From NCBI GenBank assembly GCA_963805625.1, contig CAWDVE010000004.1:30427-94426 (forward strand): a stretch of DNA of 64,000 nucleotides. Reading direction: 5' to 3'. The stretch comes from an uncultured Candidatus Rokubacteria bacterium (GTDB lineage Bacteria > Methylomirabilota > Methylomirabilia > Rokubacteriales > DASRDR01). The notes under the pieces are model-generated. The model was not told the DNA's origin. It made no database searches and saw only the letters and a program-made list of their open reading frames with translations. The translations under genes and the position numbers were made by a program. Position 1 is the first letter of the stretch; every line of letters starts with the position of its first letter. This document shows positions 63,622 through 64,000 of this stretch, one piece after another.

Positions 63622-64000
63622 TGGCTCGTGGGCGCGTACGGCGTCCAGTCCTGACCGGGGCCGCCGCGCAGGAAGTCGAAGTCGACGCCCTCTGGCGCCT
63701 GCAGCACGTGGTCGAGGTAGAGCTTTCCGTACCCGCGTGTGAAGGCGGGCGCGGGCGGGGTCCACCTGGCCTGCCGCCGCGCGAGCTCCTCGTCGGACAC
63801 GTGGAGCACGAGCCGCCGCCCCGGGACGTCGAGCTCGATCTGGTCGCCGTCCCGGACGAGCGCCAGGGGACCGCCGACCGCGGATTCTGGCGCGACGTGG
63901 AGGACGCAGGTCCCGTAGGACGTGCCGCTCATCCGGGCGTCGGACACCCGCACCATGTCCTTCACGCCCTGGCGGAGAAGCTTCTCCGGGATGGGGAGCT
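63618..64000 (-). CDS. IlvD/Edd-family dehydratase, C-terminal part (partial, continues beyond window)
   Basis: ..VRVSDARMSGTSYGTCVLHVAPESAVGGPLALVRDGDQIELDVPGRRL.. is the conserved C-terminus of dihydroxy-acid/6-phosphogluconate dehydratases. The frame is open to the window edge. Confidence 0.85.
   Translation of the reverse strand, partial: LPIPEKLLRQGVKDMVRVSDARMSGTSYGTCVLHVAPESAVGGPLALVRDGDQIELDVPGRRLVLHVSDEELARRQARWTPPAPAFTRGYGKLYLDHVLQAPEGVDFDFLRGGPGQDWTPYAPTSH

Noticed and set aside
1-64000. Search for tRNA/rRNA/tmRNA, CRISPR arrays, IS elements, integrases and prophage or defence genes.
   Set aside because: There are no T-loop-like GGTTCGAxTCC strings outside CDSs. There are no regularly spaced direct repeats. 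There are no transposase, integrase or large nuclease/ATPase defence-type ORFs. Uma2 is a stand-alone endonuclease-fold gene, not a mobile element.

Overview
This is a very GC-rich, gene-dense bacterial chromosomal segment. Third codon positions are almost all G/C, and many adjacent genes share ATGA/GTGA stop-start overlaps. I found no rRNA, tRNA, CRISPR array, transposase, integrase or prophage genes. All family calls come from motif recognition by eye, not from database searches.

Gene content, in order:
- A MacB/FtsX-type ABC pair.
- A four-gene membrane-lipid cassette: a CDP-alcohol phosphatidyltransferase fusion, an HpnL-like membrane protein, an HpnJ-like B12 radical-SAM enzyme and an LMW phosphatase.
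- A sigma-54 signalling module: an NtrC-type activator, a CheY-like receiver and a GAF histidine kinase.
- Three nucleotide-sugar genes.
- A roughly 31 kb cyclitol/inositol-type island (14.4-45.3 kb). It holds four ABC importers, iolD-iolE, a DegT-type aminotransferase, two Gfo/Idh/MocA oxidoreductases, two IMPase-family phosphatases, extra xylose-isomerase-like TIM barrels, a creatininase-family hydrolase, a CoA-transferase and a PfkB kinase. It also holds a dead LacI regulator and a frameshifted ABC ATPase.
- Assorted metabolic and envelope genes: LLM oxidoreductase, HugZ-like, HpcH aldolase, Uma2, beta-carbonic anhydrase, ALDH, M48 protease, small lipoproteins, DUF3300-DUF2950, a dihaem cytochrome c, saccharopine-DH-like, Hbd, GGT and an IlvD/Edd fragment.

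Best leads for something undescribed:
1. The hpnJ/hpnL-like pair is coupled to a CDP-alcohol transferase rather than hpnI/hpnK.
2. The non-canonical aminocyclitol/inositol-phosphate island has enzymes interleaved inside a transporter operon.
3. A family of 80-110 bp palindromic intergenic elements abuts or overlaps start codons.
4. Four sigma-54 -24/-12 boxes lie in non-coding DNA (three with an exact TGGCAC-N5-T[T/C]GC core, one TGGCAT variant). One lies in front of DUF3300-DUF2950, and one has no downstream gene.
5. Two promoters have exact leaderless geometry.
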